The position numbers and the translations under genes are program-made. Source: Chlorokybus atmophyticus (lineage: Eukaryota; Plantae; Mesostigma and Chlorokybus algae). Taken from it: a stretch of DNA of 64,000 nucleotides. Positions 13,200 through 26,174 of this stretch are shown here, piece by piece. Positions within the stretch are counted from its first letter, which is position 1; every line of letters starts with the position of its first letter. A model generated the notes under the pieces. It did not search any database. It was not told where the DNA came from and was given only the letters and a program-made list of their open reading frames with translations. The stretch spans positions 162,899 through 226,898 of the forward strand of contig RHPI01003169.1 of the NCBI GenBank assembly GCA_009103225.1, written 5' to 3'.

Positions 13200-16100
13200 T
13201 GAACTGCCACAATTCCTCCTGTTTGACCGAAACACCTCATACTGGCAAACCGCATGACTGACCTGCGATTTGCCAGTTGCAGCACGTATGCTGCCCCAGT
13301 GTGACAGCACTGGCACTCCACAAGTCATGCAGAGCATATGGCATCGACAAGCCCTGTGTGCTCGTATACAGTGCCTTGTGCAGCTACATAGCCCTAGCTA
13401 CCAAGTAGACATGGACTGACCGCATAAGCACACATACGAAGTGCTACACATCATGGCATGCGGAATCCTCACTTGGTCCCTCTTACTTACCGCATAAGTA
13501 AGGAACTAAAAGCCGCTTTATCCAGCCCGTAGGCATGACGTCGCATATACGCATGTGCTTGTGCATGCCCTGTCGGGCCTGGCAGGGTCGTGTGCTCCTC
13601 CGGGTCAATCTCAACTGAATTGCCATGATGGGGGCTGATGCCAGTCCTGTGGAGCGTTGGTTGGTGTAGTTGCACAGTGTGGAAGGCGAAAAATACCCCC
13701 TACCTGTACGTACTGGTGTGTAGCGCACATGTGATGATGATGCCAACATGATACCCTCTGGTGCTGTGCGCTTTGCGTAATGCAATGCGTTATTGATCTT
13801 GCAAGGTGCGGAACTCGCCGCGGAACTCTACTCCTTAGTCGGTGATGACTTTAGCTCATGAGCCGAAGCGATCAAGCATATGGTCGAGGATGGCCTGAGC
13901 GGTCCCTTTGATGCTTCTTTCGGGAAGAAAAACTAGCTCAATCCACTTGAAGAAGTGCTCGATCATGACGAGGATGTACTTATTGCCACGATCTGAGCAT
14001 GCTAAGTCTCCAAGGTTGTCCAGTCCCCACCGGTAGAACATGCCGGCGATGGGTACATGGTGCAAGGTGTTGGTGTGAGTGTTGAGGCTGGCACGCACAA
14101 GGTTGCAATACGAGCAGTTCGCAACGAAGGTGCGCACCTGAGTGTGCATGCCATGTTTTCAGTGTTGGGCACTTACTAGGTTGATGGTGTCCTTAACACT
14201 GAAGTGTCATAGCTCTATATGAAGAGCAGTAATGATGACCTCGCGCCAATGCGAAGCAGGCATCTCCTTATGGTGGATAAGGACCCGTCGAAAGACAAGT
14301 CCATCCTCCCATAGATAATGTCGGCAGCGCTAATTGACACGGTCATGCTCACGCGTGCGCGCAGTCCTGCCGTTTGTTGTCCATGCTATAGATAGGTCAT
14401 GGAGTTCTTGTCCATCCCGATGTCTTAACGTAACTCTACACCGGGGAGTTGGCCATCATCTGGTGTCGCCTGTTTAAGTGCGTCAGTGTCGACGGGGATG
14501 AGCGCTAGCATTTCCGCTGACTTTAGTATCGTCGGAGTTGCTCTCATGATGAAAACCCGTTCAAAGCGTAGTGCAGCTACGGCAAACATGGTGGCCACAT
14601 GTGGTGGTGGTGCTGGTGGACCCAGGTCATGTCGGGCACCGGTGGCGTGGTTAATGGAGAGGTGGAGGTTACGACTAAGGCCGTCGGCGTCTTGGTTGGC
14701 TAGGCCCGCCCCGTGTGTTGTCTTGAAGTCGTACTCTTGTGGCAGCAAGGCCCACCTGGCCAACTTGCCAATCAAGTGCTGGTTGGCCATCAGTCAGCGC
14801 AAAGGCTGAAGGTTGATAATTATAAAGAACTGTCTTCCGAATGGGAAAGGTCCGCAGAAGGAAATGGCCCATAATGCAGCAAGGCATTCGCCTTCGTAGC
14901 TGCTGAAGTTGGCTTCAGTGCTGTTGTTGCTGCTGCTGGCGTAAGACACCACCCGTTCCTTCTTGTCGTCATGCTGAACCAGCACAGCACCCTGCCGAGC
15001 TTTCTGTAATCGGTGTGGAGTACAAAAGGCTTGGTGTAGTCTGGTCGCTGAAGAATGGGGGCTAATGTGAGCCTCTGCTTCAGCTCTTAAAAGGCCTCTT
15101 GCCGGGCTTCTTTCCAGCTCCACTCTGTCTCCTTCTTCAGAAGCTCATGGAGGGGGCGCGCAACCTTGGCGAAGTCCTTTATGAACCTCCCATAATAGTT
15201 GGCAAGGCCAAGGAAGGCACGTAGCCAAGTCAGGTCCGTTGAGGCTGGGATAGATGCCAAGGCCTCCACCTTGGCCTGCTAAATGTACACGCCATTGGGC
15301 ACAATCATATCGCCGAAGTAGGGGACCTTGTGGTGTGGTGAAGAAAGTGCACTTGTCGGGGTGTACAGTCATCCCTACTGCACCTCTTCGATGAAGAGAA
15401 GATGCTCCTCTGCCGTGTGACTGAAGATTATGATGTCGTCTATGTAGCAACGCGCAAAGGAGCAGCCCTTCAACGCCTTGTCCATCACCCGCTGGAACTT
15501 TGCGGGCGCGTTCTTCCATCCGAGAGGCATGACCTCCCAGTGCTAGAGCTGCCGATTGCTTCAGATTGCCGCCTTGTGCTTGTCTTCGGGCTTGATCTCA
15601 ATCTTGTACCCCTGTCGCATGTTGAAATGCCGAACACGGTGCAGGAGCCGACGTCATCAAAGACGCCATCTACGATTGGCATGGGATACCGTACTTGCTT
15701 GGTCTTGTTATTGAGTGGGCGATACACCCCACACATACACCGTACTGTCCGGTTTCTCTCCAAGTCCTTCTTGGGTGGCATAACTGTGGCGACGGCGAAG
15801 TCGGATGGACTTCTCGATGAGTCCTGCCTGCAGCAATGCTTGGCTCCGCTGCTCTACCAAGTTCTCTTCCAACCAGGACAGCTCGTACGCTTTAACACCA
15901 GTCGTCAATGAGGTTGATGTCCGTCTGGTAGACTGAGCACTTGCTCAACTCCTTGACATTGCAGCGGAACTGAGCTCTCCACGTGTTGAGGAGAGTCTCC
16001 TACTGCTCATTTACATGCCTTGTAGCCAAGGATCCCATGGCATGATCCCATGATGTGGCTGTCGCCTTTACAGGAATGTCCTCCACCATGACTGCTGCTT

Positions 16101-18000
16101 GCTTCTTCGCGTGAGTGATAGTAAAAGCGGTGTGGGCCACGACAGTGTCGGAGCAATTGACCCACTCCTTATACAAGTGCTTGAGATCCGTGAGAGACAC
16201 TTGTCGGTTTTGAATGGCGAAGCATAGCATTAGCAACCAGACCATACTATTCTGCTCAATGGCGCGGCCGAGGAGTTGCCTCTGCTTACTGTCCATCAGC
16301 GACCAGCCGGTTATGCCGCCCAAAAAGAAGCCCATGGCGCGTTCTCGTTCATGTGTGTTGGGTTCTTTCAGTCGGCCCGTGTTGCTATTCAAGACCATGC
16401 CGTCCCCGGCATCTTGAAAGGCATATGAGCCTGGGTATAAAAAAGTAGGGAGAGCTCGGCGTGGTTCTCCTGGTTGGTTGCACCAATGTAGTTGTGCATG
16501 GTCGTGGCGGGAGACTGGGTTTTGAGTCTTGCCAGTGTTGCAGATGTCATCCACGAGCAAGCTTCTGAGACGTGATTTGAGGAAGTGTTCAGCTACTGTT
16601 AGTTTTTTCACAGCGGCAAGGTTGGTCCACTTGGCGCGGATGCGGTGTGCACGCGATCCATAACATGTAGCGTTCATTTTGAAGGGATGCAAAATGATGG
16701 AGCACACCACGCAATAGCTGTACTGCACATTTTGGTGGCAATCATCTTTCAAGTGGACATTCTCGACAATGTAAGCTAGAGAATGTTGGATTTGCTGGTG
16801 CTGCAGCAGATGGATAACCCATTGTAACTCAAAAAAACAGCGCTGAGCGCGGATTGTCCAATCCACGATATGTGCCGGCTTTGGAGTGACCCTGGTACTC
16901 CCATCCAGCGGTCAATAGATCTTTATTGCTCAGGGCAATGAGATCATTGACAGAGACGAGGCAAATGTCTTGAGGTAGAGCCTTAAAACTTCCACGCAAT
17001 GCAGACAGAGGCAGGAGGTGCGAATAACGCAAGTGCAGCTGATGAAGATAATGGCGAACATCAGTTTAAGCATGCGGATAATAGTCACAGTAGTAATACT
17101 GTATTACCTTGACACCGGTATCGAGGCGGGCCACCAAGCCGCTGTCAATCCCGCCAAACAGCTCCGGCAAGGTGACTCCTTGTTGGCGCCGCTGCACCAA
17201 CGTCCACAACTCCGGTGGCGATGGTAAACTGTTGTGCTACAGGAACATCCTCGTGATAGACTGGAAAGCGCATATGAAGTGGTTGCCGGTCCAGCAACAC
17301 ATGTGCATCCACCTCTGCTCTCCAGCGACGCTCGGTTGGGTCTTGCAAAGCCACCTCCTTGGTTACCTGCTCCTGAGTAAGTTTTGGAGTAGGGCATGGG
17401 CAGCGTGGCGACAGTTGTAGCGGTGGCTTCCATGCGTCGGCGTGCGCATGTGGGCAACACCAGGTTGAGGGGGATGAACCCAATGATGGAACCATCTCTG
17501 CTGCGCCAGCCGGGTCAGGACCATGCTTGCTTGGTCCGGCTGTCCATGCCAATGGCTACGGGGTAGCTGAAGTCCGACCCGATCAGCAAGTGTTAGCTGG
17601 CGTAGATGACCACACATTGCCGAGCCAGCACCGTGCTTTGAGTGGGGTCTAGCCTAGTCAGAGTGATGGTGAGGACTTCCTTGGTGATGCCGACGGTGCT
17701 TTCTCGTCCTCCCATGGCAGTTGTTAAGGGACGCAGCTGTGAAACCCAAGGCGTTAGCCAAGTGTCTGCCGATGATGCATGGTTGTGCCCCTCCATCCAG
17801 CATGACACAATTGGGTGCCCACTCGATCAATTTGAACACGTTTTCATTTGCAACCACGACGGCGTTGGCATTGAGTCGTGCGCGATTATTGGAGCGCCAA
17901 GGAACAGCAGCTGCAGTAGGGTGCTGCTCCAGTGTGCTGGATCTCAAGGCTGCCATGGCTCATTTGCCCACCCCGGGAGCCATGCTCTGTCCTTGTGCAC
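13200..18000 (-). mobile_element. Diverged family member, copy 3: PR-DNMT-RT-RNaseH-INT; both ends lost
   Basis: PR VMLDGGAQP; RT RCYIDDII; RH VVSYASSS...YEGECLAALWA...LARWAL...DADGLSR; INT CSYC...YRWGLD...NKYILVMIEH. Ends are approximate. Confidence 0.85.
16200..17185 (-). pseudogene. C5 DNA methyltransferase domain of copy 3, uninterrupted by insertions; one stop, one frameshift, catalytic Cys>Tyr
   Basis: GVTLPELFGGIDSG; YYYCD; DLLTAGWEYQGHSKAG..RGLDNPRSALF; YIVENV; NATCYGSRAHRIR; EPNTHERERAMGF; LLGRAI. Confidence 0.88.
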
Positions 18001-18039
18001 CCCCTCGTTGTGTATCGCCCCCTGCCCTTGCCCGTGGCC

Positions 18040-18295
18040 AGGTGCACACGGCTTGAAATTCAAGGACCATGCATGGTCCTTCCATGGACTCTGCGGGCCA
18101 TGCATGGTCCGAGCCCCGCGACCACGACTACCTGGTCCGCGGGGCCCGAACCGTCCATGGTCCTTTAAGGGGCTCAAAGCCTGGCGCGCAGTAACGCACT
18201 ACGTATGGTCCGTGCCGCACCATGCACGGTGCGGCATGGACCAGTACACCACGCTGGTCCCTGAGAAAGGACCAGTGCGGTCCCGCGGCTCTGCG
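18040..18295. repeat. Cluster of GGACC/GGTCC-armed palindromes and hairpins
   Basis: Perfect 20-bp palindrome at 18062-18081; 16-bp stem at 18206-18243; further stems near 18255-18276. Confidence 0.75.
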
Positions 18296-18316
18296 GCTCT
18301 GCTATGGCAGACCGTA

Positions 18317-19285
18317 CAGTGTACCCCCGCCAAGAAAATTCGCTCCAAGAGAATAACCCCATTAAAATCATAAAAAATGAGATTACCAAATTGTCTACAG
18401 GCAAATGTTCCACCTGAAGAGAGTATGACTAACCGCGAAGAGAATATCTTATATCGAGAAAAAGTCGCAAGTTTGAGTGAGGGTATGCTAGTATCGGGGG
18501 TGCAGGCGTTATGCGTAGGGAGATGAATGTGATAGGCGTGATGGGCGTGATGGCACAACTTGTGACTTAGCGTTGTCAAGCACTGCTGCCCCCTGCCCTG
18601 CGAACGGCGCCTTGGTAGCGTCGGCGTCGGCGTGCAGGGAACATAGAGTGGGGCAGCGGCGGGCGGGGGCGGCGGGCAGGGTATCGTTGATGGGCATGAC
18701 GCCTAGCTAGCAGGCGGAAGACGACAAGCAGGTTAGGGTTTTCAACGCCACACAGGCACACATAGTGCATGCACGCTGCATACATGTACATAGCGCATGT
18801 ACAGTCAGTGAAACACTGTGTGTTTATTGTTGTAGGTCATCATGGCCGCACAAGTCAAGCGTGATAATCTTCCATTAAAAGACAAGCAGCACATCCTTAA
18901 GTTGTGTTACGCCAATCCTGGTCTCAAGCAAGCAAACTTGATCGCCCTTATAAAAATTTAATTGAAATGTACCATAAAGCAGTTGTCTCTCTCGAAACTT
19001 CTTAACAAACAGCGACAGCAAATTGCCGATGCTTTGAGTGCGGGTGGTAAACATGCGGCACAAAATAAGAGGATGCGGGTTGCTGCTCACCCTAGGCTAG
19101 AGTACGGGTTGCACGAGTGGTTTGCACAAGCTAGAGCACGCAATGTGTTGATTACTGATGCAATCTTGATGGAAAAAGCATTAGATTTTGCCAACAAACT
19201 AGGCATAGAGGGGTTCATTGCCTCGTCGGGTTGGGCTCACCGTTTCAAGAAGCGTCATGCAATTGCGGCTAAAATGTGCATGGTG
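18317..19285 (+). mobile_element. 5' part of a pogo/Tigger-type DNA transposon (CENP-B-like HTH domains), truncated before the DDE core
   Basis: ORF from 18842 with a frameshift: ...HPRLEYGLHEWFAQARARNVLITDAILMEKALDFANKLGIEGFIASSGWAHRFKKRH. Candidate left end TA|CAGTGTACCCCCG at 18317. Confidence 0.8.
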
Positions 19286-19299
19286 AAGCAGCAGATACA

Positions 19300-20814
19300 G
19301 CCTGCATCATGCATGTGCGAAGCGTGTGGATGCAGCACGTAGTAGATTGCCATTGATCTTGGAAAAATATCGCATCATAAACTTCTTGAAAGAACTGCTG
19401 AGGTTTGAAGAGCTCGCTTCTTGTGACTTGGGTTTGGAGCTGTGACTTGAAGCACATGATCTGGAAACTGCAAAAGCCACCGCATTTGAAGTCTCATCCT
19501 TCTTCTTGAGCCTCTGCTCAACTTGTAGCAACCTTGACATAATCTCATCCAACGTGGAGTCAGAGTCAAGACCTTCCAGCACCGTGATTAAGGTGTCAAC
19601 ATCGTCTCGCAGACTTGAAAGGATAGCCCAAACCACCTCAGACTCCTTCGGTTCGCTGCCAACACCTAGTAGGTCTTTTCAAAGCTCTCTTGCTCGCGAA
19701 ATGTACTTGGTGACTTGCTCACTGGACTCCTTTCTCAAGGCATTCAGGTCGCGCGTGAGCTGGACATGCCTGGCATTGTTTTTAGCCTTGAAGAGGTCTG
19801 ATACCTTCTCCCAAGCCTCCCTAGCAGTGGAGCAAGCATCCAATATGACCAAGTAAAAGTCCCTCGCGTTGAAACCCACAAGTGCAAGTGCTTTCCAGGA
19901 GATCTGCTTCCAAACAGCGCTCCGGCCTATGGGTAGAGGGTCTGCCTCCTCTGGGTCCACGAATTCCCATAAGCTCTTGTGCTCGAACAACCACCTCATG
20001 CGGATGCTCCAGGTGGTGTAGTTGTCATCTCCAAGCGGCTCAATCACCACCTTGTTGTAGCTGGCTCGTCACAACGAAACCCCTGCTGAAAACAAGCCCA
20101 AATCAAGTTAGAAACAGCAATTCCAGGCGCCCAGGCTTCCACAGCCTCACCAGAATGTTACAAACACAGAAAAAAGCTACTATCGAAGTAAATGCTCCAC
20201 CAATGCCTATACCAGCTCAAAAACCAGCGTATGTGGGCCCATAACCTGTTGAGATGCAAGCTATCTAGGCGTGAATATACAACACAACACCCTCAAACAG
20301 TTTGTGCAAGCAGAACGACCAATTGGACTAGACCATACCAAACCCAGGTTAGGCCACGCCAAAATCAAGCCTTGCCGGCCCCAGACTCAAGCACAAGTGA
20401 AAGTGAACCTTTAAAATTGTGTATGGGCGTCCCCTTATACCCAAATAACCTTATCAACGATAATGTAGTCATATAAGTCAGGTTTGGTCAACATCAAACC
20501 CTAATACAGCCCCAAACCGTCGAAATTGCCAGGACTGTCAGAAATGTTAGGAAACTCTTAGGTCTGAAGTTTGCTAAGTACAAACCAATGAGTACTTAGC
20601 CAGACTAAGCTGACTGGAGTCTAGAGGCGGCAGAGCCATGTCATATAGTCCAACATAATGCTAAGTATAAAACTATTAAGTACTTGGCCAGACTAAGCTG
20701 ACTGAAGTCTAGAGACGGCAGAATCTGGTCCTATACTCCAACACCAATGAGTACTTAGCCAGACTAAGCTGACTGGAGTCTAGAGACGGCAGAATCGGGT
20801 CCTACACTCCAACA
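19300..20814 (-). mobile_element. Truncated Ty1/Copia element: 5' LTR (20227-20814), PBS and partial gag
   Basis: LTR TGTTG...CAACA containing three internal copies of a ~38-bp unit; PBS GGTTATGGGCCCA; gag LGDDNYTTWSIRM...TAREAWEKV...VTKYISRAREL. Confidence 0.85.
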
Positions 20815-23800
20815 ATCTGTCAGTGGTTGTCGAAACCGACCTGTGGGTGGCTGTTGCAGCTGACCTTCGGTGAGAGCGAGTGCCAGCCACCAGCTCGAGA
20901 GGCAGATATCCTTGAAACTCTCCATCCTCCTCATTTCAATGAAGACGAAACCATGCCTTCTCTGACCAGCAATCAAGCCCCATGCCAACAGGGAAGTTGA
21001 AGTTTTGTCTCAGCAACAGGTGGAAGGATTCTGCATCGGTGACCACACACTTCTGTATGACCTCGGTGCTGTGGGAAGGGTCCACTAGTGCATTCGTTTG
21101 ACAGGAGTACTCCTGTCAAATGAATGCAGAGGGCTTGCTTGGTGATGCCAATCACCTTGTCACGGCTGCCGGTTGCGGTGTCGAGCACGTATGGGCACGG
21201 CATCAGCTCAGCGCTGGTGATGCCAAGGTTGCGTGCGAGGTAACGTCCGATGATGACAGGCTGAGCTCAAGAGTTCAGCATCACATGCTCGGGTGCTCGT
21301 CCGATGATTGTGACACGCCGGCCTTGGTTGGCGATCATGGCTGCGTTGGCGTGGATGCGCAGCCGCTTGGATCGTCGAAAGCGTGTGCGTGGGGTGACTG
21401 CTGCTGCAGTCTCCTCCGGTGGTGTCGAGCGCAGTGCGGCAAGCGCCCCGCGACCAGCTGAGTGTTGAGAACCTCCTTAACCGCGGCCTGGCCCGAACCG
21501 TCATTGTCTTAGTTGTCGGTATACGCACTGCGGCCTAGGTGCTGGTGGTGCCGCCTGCGGTTGCTCTGGTTGTGGCGCAGGGGGATTGCGCCTCTGTGTG
21601 GCCGGGGTCATACCAGGCGGCGTAGCCAGTGGCTGTTGAGGAAACCCTGGAGGACCGGGTGTTTGTGGGCCCGCCTTCCGTGCAGCCTGTTCTTCTACAT
21701 AAGTGGAGCGAACAGCATGAGCTGCCTCCCTGACCAGTGTACCTTCCCATGTGGCTGTTGGATTGTTGACCACGTCACTCCAGCGGTAATCGTGAGGCAT
21801 GGGCTGGAGATACACTGCGCGTAGGAGCCGCGCTCTTATATCGTGGGTCATGGTGGGAACCCTTAGGATCCCTGCCATGCAGGCAGACCATCTGCCATTG
21901 ACCGCCCCCACTTCTAGCACCGTCGTTGCTCGTGCTCGCACAGTGAGGTAAATCTCTGGATGTTGGACATGCCGCTCACAAGCAGCTGCGATGCGTCTGC
22001 GTTGCCGCGCTGCTTCCACCCCTGGCAACCTCAGTATGGCCTCTTGAGCTCCTTCTAAGGTGTCAGTGGCTGCCGAGGCAATCTCGTCATAGGCTTGCCG
22101 TAGCGAGCGTAGGAAGGCGTCCAACCACAACGATCTGGTGCCAAATGTGAACAGGGGGACTGCGGGGTGATTGGTGACTAGCCAAGTCACCAGTCTTGCT
22201 CGAGCTGCATTACCACCTTCTCGCATCCCCAACATCCGTCTCAGGCCAATGCCTTCTTGTCGGTGCAGCATGGTTGCTTAACGCAATAGGGCAGTGCGAA
22301 GTTGCTGTTCTTTGATTGAACCTGCTCCATCTCGTTGTGTCAACCCTTGCAGTGTGAGGTAACTTCTCCGTGGATCCCGTTGATCGTCAGGCAAGTCTTT
22401 CAACAAGGCGGGTAGCAACGGGGCGATCACCCCCCTGTTTTGTTGGGCCAGCGCCCTCGTCTGGTCAGGGTCGGGTCCACCGACGCGGGGTGTCGTGCTG
22501 GATGATGGGCTAACGACTGTGGGTTGAAGAACGCCAGCGCGAGCATTGGCAAGAGTGTGCGCTCTTGCATCGACTGCTGCCGCTTGGTCCTGTCGCCAGG
22601 TGAATGCCTGTTACAGCGCGATGTAGCGCTCATGAAGCCAAACAGTACTGAGGGGCCTCAGTGCTTTATTGTCACCCAAAGGCATGTCGGCTGTATCAGC
22701 GATGTGCTGCTGTACGTTGGGTTGCCGGTTTCAATACATGTCCAGCGAGCTTGGCTCAAAAACTTCATGACTTACTGGTACGGGATGGCGTGGCGCAGTC
22801 TGCATGTTGTTATGAAGAGTCCAAAACAGCTGTAGTGCCTCGTGCCAACTCCAGTACAACAGGTGTTTTGACCACAAAGACATACTCTTGCATGGGAGGC
22901 GCCGTGTCGGCGAGGATTTCATCCTCCAGTTGCCGCTGAGTCTGTACTGGCAGGGTGTGATATTCAGGCAGTGGGAAGACAATCATAGCGTTCAACGCGA
23001 GTTGCTCGCTCTCCTCCGCGCCCAAAAGCAATGATAGTGGGATCTGCTCCACACATGATGGTCTCCAATGTGCGCTTAGCTTGCTGACCTCGCGGGACAG
23101 CTTGCGTAACGTCAAGGGCGGGCAATGTAGCTGCGCTTGTCGCTGCAGTGGCAGCAGGCTCAACAATGGCACTGCCGGTGGTGGCGAGAGTGCCGCTCAG
23201 TGGCGCGAGGGTAGTCTCACCGCTTGATGACACAGTGTGGTCCTGCAGTTGGAGCGGGACCGGTGCAACCTACTGCTGCAGGGTCGGTGACAGCAGTGGC
23301 TGTTGCCAGCGTGCTCACCAGTGTTGGCGTTACGGTGCTCACTATTACACCAACTTTTGATAAATCTGGCGCAGTTGCTGCTGACGTCGACGGAGTCAAT
23401 GTTGTAGCCGATGTAACTGTTGCTGCCGGTGCATTACCACTGGTGGCTTCAGAGGAGGTGGCTGCTGACGATGTTGCGGCTTCCCCTCGAACTCATCGGA
23501 ATGGTTGAGTACGTGACGGAGTGCTGGTGTCTCTCGTGCGCTTTGGAGCCATCAGCGCCCAACGGGTAGAATAGCAGGCGCGGTAGTCCTGCTCCTTGTC
23601 TTGTCTTCCTCCAAGCGTGCCATATGCGCCATGAGGGCAGCCATATGGTCATCAGCTGGCAGGTAGGCTGGAGCCTTGGCGCCAACAACAGCAGCGCGGA
23701 GACGTCCTTCCAGTCCCTTGCGCTGAGGAGGACGATTTTCCCCCCTGTAGCCTTGCTCTTCCTTGCGAGCATTGGCGTAGTTGTTGGTGTTGTTATGGCC

Positions 23801-26174
23801 TCCGGTATGGTTGCTGTTGTAGCCATCAGAGTTGTTGCCGTTGTGGCCTCCAGTGTTGTTGCTGTTGTAGCCACCAGAGTTGTTGCCGTTGTGGCCTCCA
23901 GTGTTGTTGCTGTTGTAGCAAGCAGAGTTGTTGCCGTTGTAGCTGCTGGCGGGTCTCGACTCAGGGAACTTGAGCCAGCAGACCAACTCCAAGTGGCCTG
24001 TCTTGTGACAGTGGTCGCAAACCAGAGTTGAGTACTCTTCGGTGCACTCCTTTTGGTAGTGCCCATGCCGTCCATATCAATGACACAGCACAGGGGCAGG
24101 CAAAGCAGTATGCGCTGGCGGTTTCCCTTTGTCGCGTGCTGGTGGAGCGTCCCGGCCACGCTCGCGGCGAGGAGGCTCGGCAATTGTGCTGACTACAGGC
24201 CGTGAGGCGCTGCGGTTGGTGTCCAGCATTGCCTTCTCATACACCAAGCGCTTATGGATGGCTTGTGCAGTCCCGAAAGCTTCCTTAAGCGTGTAGCCAA
24301 GGGGCCTGCTGTAGTTCAGGGTTAGGCGCGTCGTCTCGCTCAAGGTGGCATCCAACTCATTGACATATACCACTGCAGCAGCCTCGTCACTGACGATCTT
24401 ATAGTCAGTGTCCTTCAACAGTCCCTCCAGTCTGGAGTACAGGCGTAGGGGGTCCTCATTGGGCTTGCGTCGGAACCGCCTCAACTCCTCCACTTTGCTA
24501 GTGGTCTGCGGTGGGAAGGTGCGACGAAGTGCAGCGTATTGATCCTTGAGGGGAGAGTTAGAGATGGCGGCACCTACAATGATGGCTGGTGCGCACAGTG
24601 CGACTGACCCGAGGGTGAAAGCACTGCCTCCCGCACGAGAGCCAGGTGTTGCCAAAGGTAGAGGTGTGCCCACCTCAACAGCTGCAGTTCGCTGTTCTTC
24701 AAGGATGGCAGCAGAGCGGTCCAAGATCCGTGCCTGTCGCGCGGCCGTCTTTATTTCAATCTCTGCAGGGGTCAGGTTGACGATCATCAACTCAGGTTCA
24801 TCCTCCTCTGCTCTGTCAATGGCTGCCGCTATAAACAACGCGGTGACTGCAGCGGGAGTGGTCGGTGGAAAGACGGCTGCTGAGCTGTGCAGTGACGCAG
24901 ATGCTATGGTTCTGACGAGCTCGCCATAGCCATCAACTCGATGCAGTTCAGCAACAGACTTCCAGACATCATGTGCTTCATGGTCTAGATACTGAGCAGC
25001 AATATGAAAAGGAATCTCATCTGACCAGTCTTTGTTCTTCAAAGCCTGCTGTCGCATCTTAGAATGGAACTTGCTGATGAATTTGGCCAGCGAGGTAGTG
25101 CCAGCACATCCGAAAAAGCGCAGGGACGTGGTTGAGCTGGAAAACTCCATATCGTAGTCGTCACTATCTGACGAGGGTGGGGAAGCTCGATGTCGAGGAG
25201 TGGACAGGAACGGAGTGAAGTTGGAGACAGAATGCGAACCTCTGCTGCTATAATCGTTGCTCCCATCGCTGGTCCGCTCGTAGGTGAGATTGGAGGTTGG
25301 GCTTCAGCTGCTGAGGTCACCCTCATCTATTGAAAGAACGGGGTGGGCCTGCTCATACAGCTAGTCCATAGGTGGAAGTGTATGCAGGGTAGAGTGTTTG
25401 TGCTCTATTGCCTGTCTCGATGCCGCTACCACTCACCACACTAGTGCTCGTGTGCGCACTATGTAATGACAGTGATAACAAATGCACAAAGATGTGTCCC
25501 CAGATACAGACTGCACTATCTAATGCCGAATGCGACGCACTCACTTGAGCAAAGAGGGTGACATTGTGCGTCAACAAGCCACTACTATGAGTAGTGCTGT
25601 TTACACAGTTCTTTGCATGAGCGAAAAATGTGTTACACTGTTAAGTGAGGTGAATGAGCAAGCAACACGTGGATACTATGCCCTAATTGATGCCAACAAA
25701 CACACTGCAACCAGGCATACCAATCTCACAGCAATGACAAGCACGATGCACACACGAGCATGCACATGCTCTCACACAGTGAGGGGGTTCTTGGTAGCTT
25801 GGATGGCGTGTTCGCAGTTCAAGTCGTTTCACAAGCTTCTTAGCTTCCTCACTCACAGTGTCACCAGCTGATCCGGTGAACCTTGTGACTACTTATACAA
25901 GTGAATTCATGACTGTCGAGAACATAAGCTAACGGTCATATCGAGGCTATTTCCACAGCAATCGCCACTCGATATAGAACGCAACTTATAACTGAACTCA
26001 CAACTGAACAGCTACGCACGGTGCCTATGTAGGCTATGGTCGTGAGCTACTTTGGAGTCATGACCTGGCTACTGATCAGTGACGCGCGCGCGTTGGTATG
26101 CTGGTAGGCCGGGCGATGGGCTCGATGTCGGCATGCTCGATGAAGGCTGGTATGCGCGGGCAATAGGCATGACA
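20815..26174 (-). mobile_element. 5' half of copy 2 of the DNMT-Gypsy family: A repeat, gag, unknown region, protease
   Basis: Starts TGTCATGCC at 26174; A = 25570-26174; collinear with copy 1 from 1836 to about 7530; gag ORF 24077-25150. Confidence 0.88.
23800..23945 (-). repeat. 48-bp coding tandem repeat in gag (NTGGHNGNNSGGYNSN-like units)
   Basis: About three units in copy 2, against about one in copy 1 (4100-4160). Confidence 0.7.

Noticed and set aside
13120-13480. 3' terminal repeats, TSD or PHD for the minus-strand copies
   Set aside because: No A or B repeat and no matching TSD were found. The Cys-rich translations are too degenerate to call a PHD.
20590-20800. Three spaced ~38-bp repeats resembling a CRISPR array
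   Set aside because: They lie inside a Copia LTR, the spacers are similar to each other, the context is eukaryotic, and no cas genes are present.
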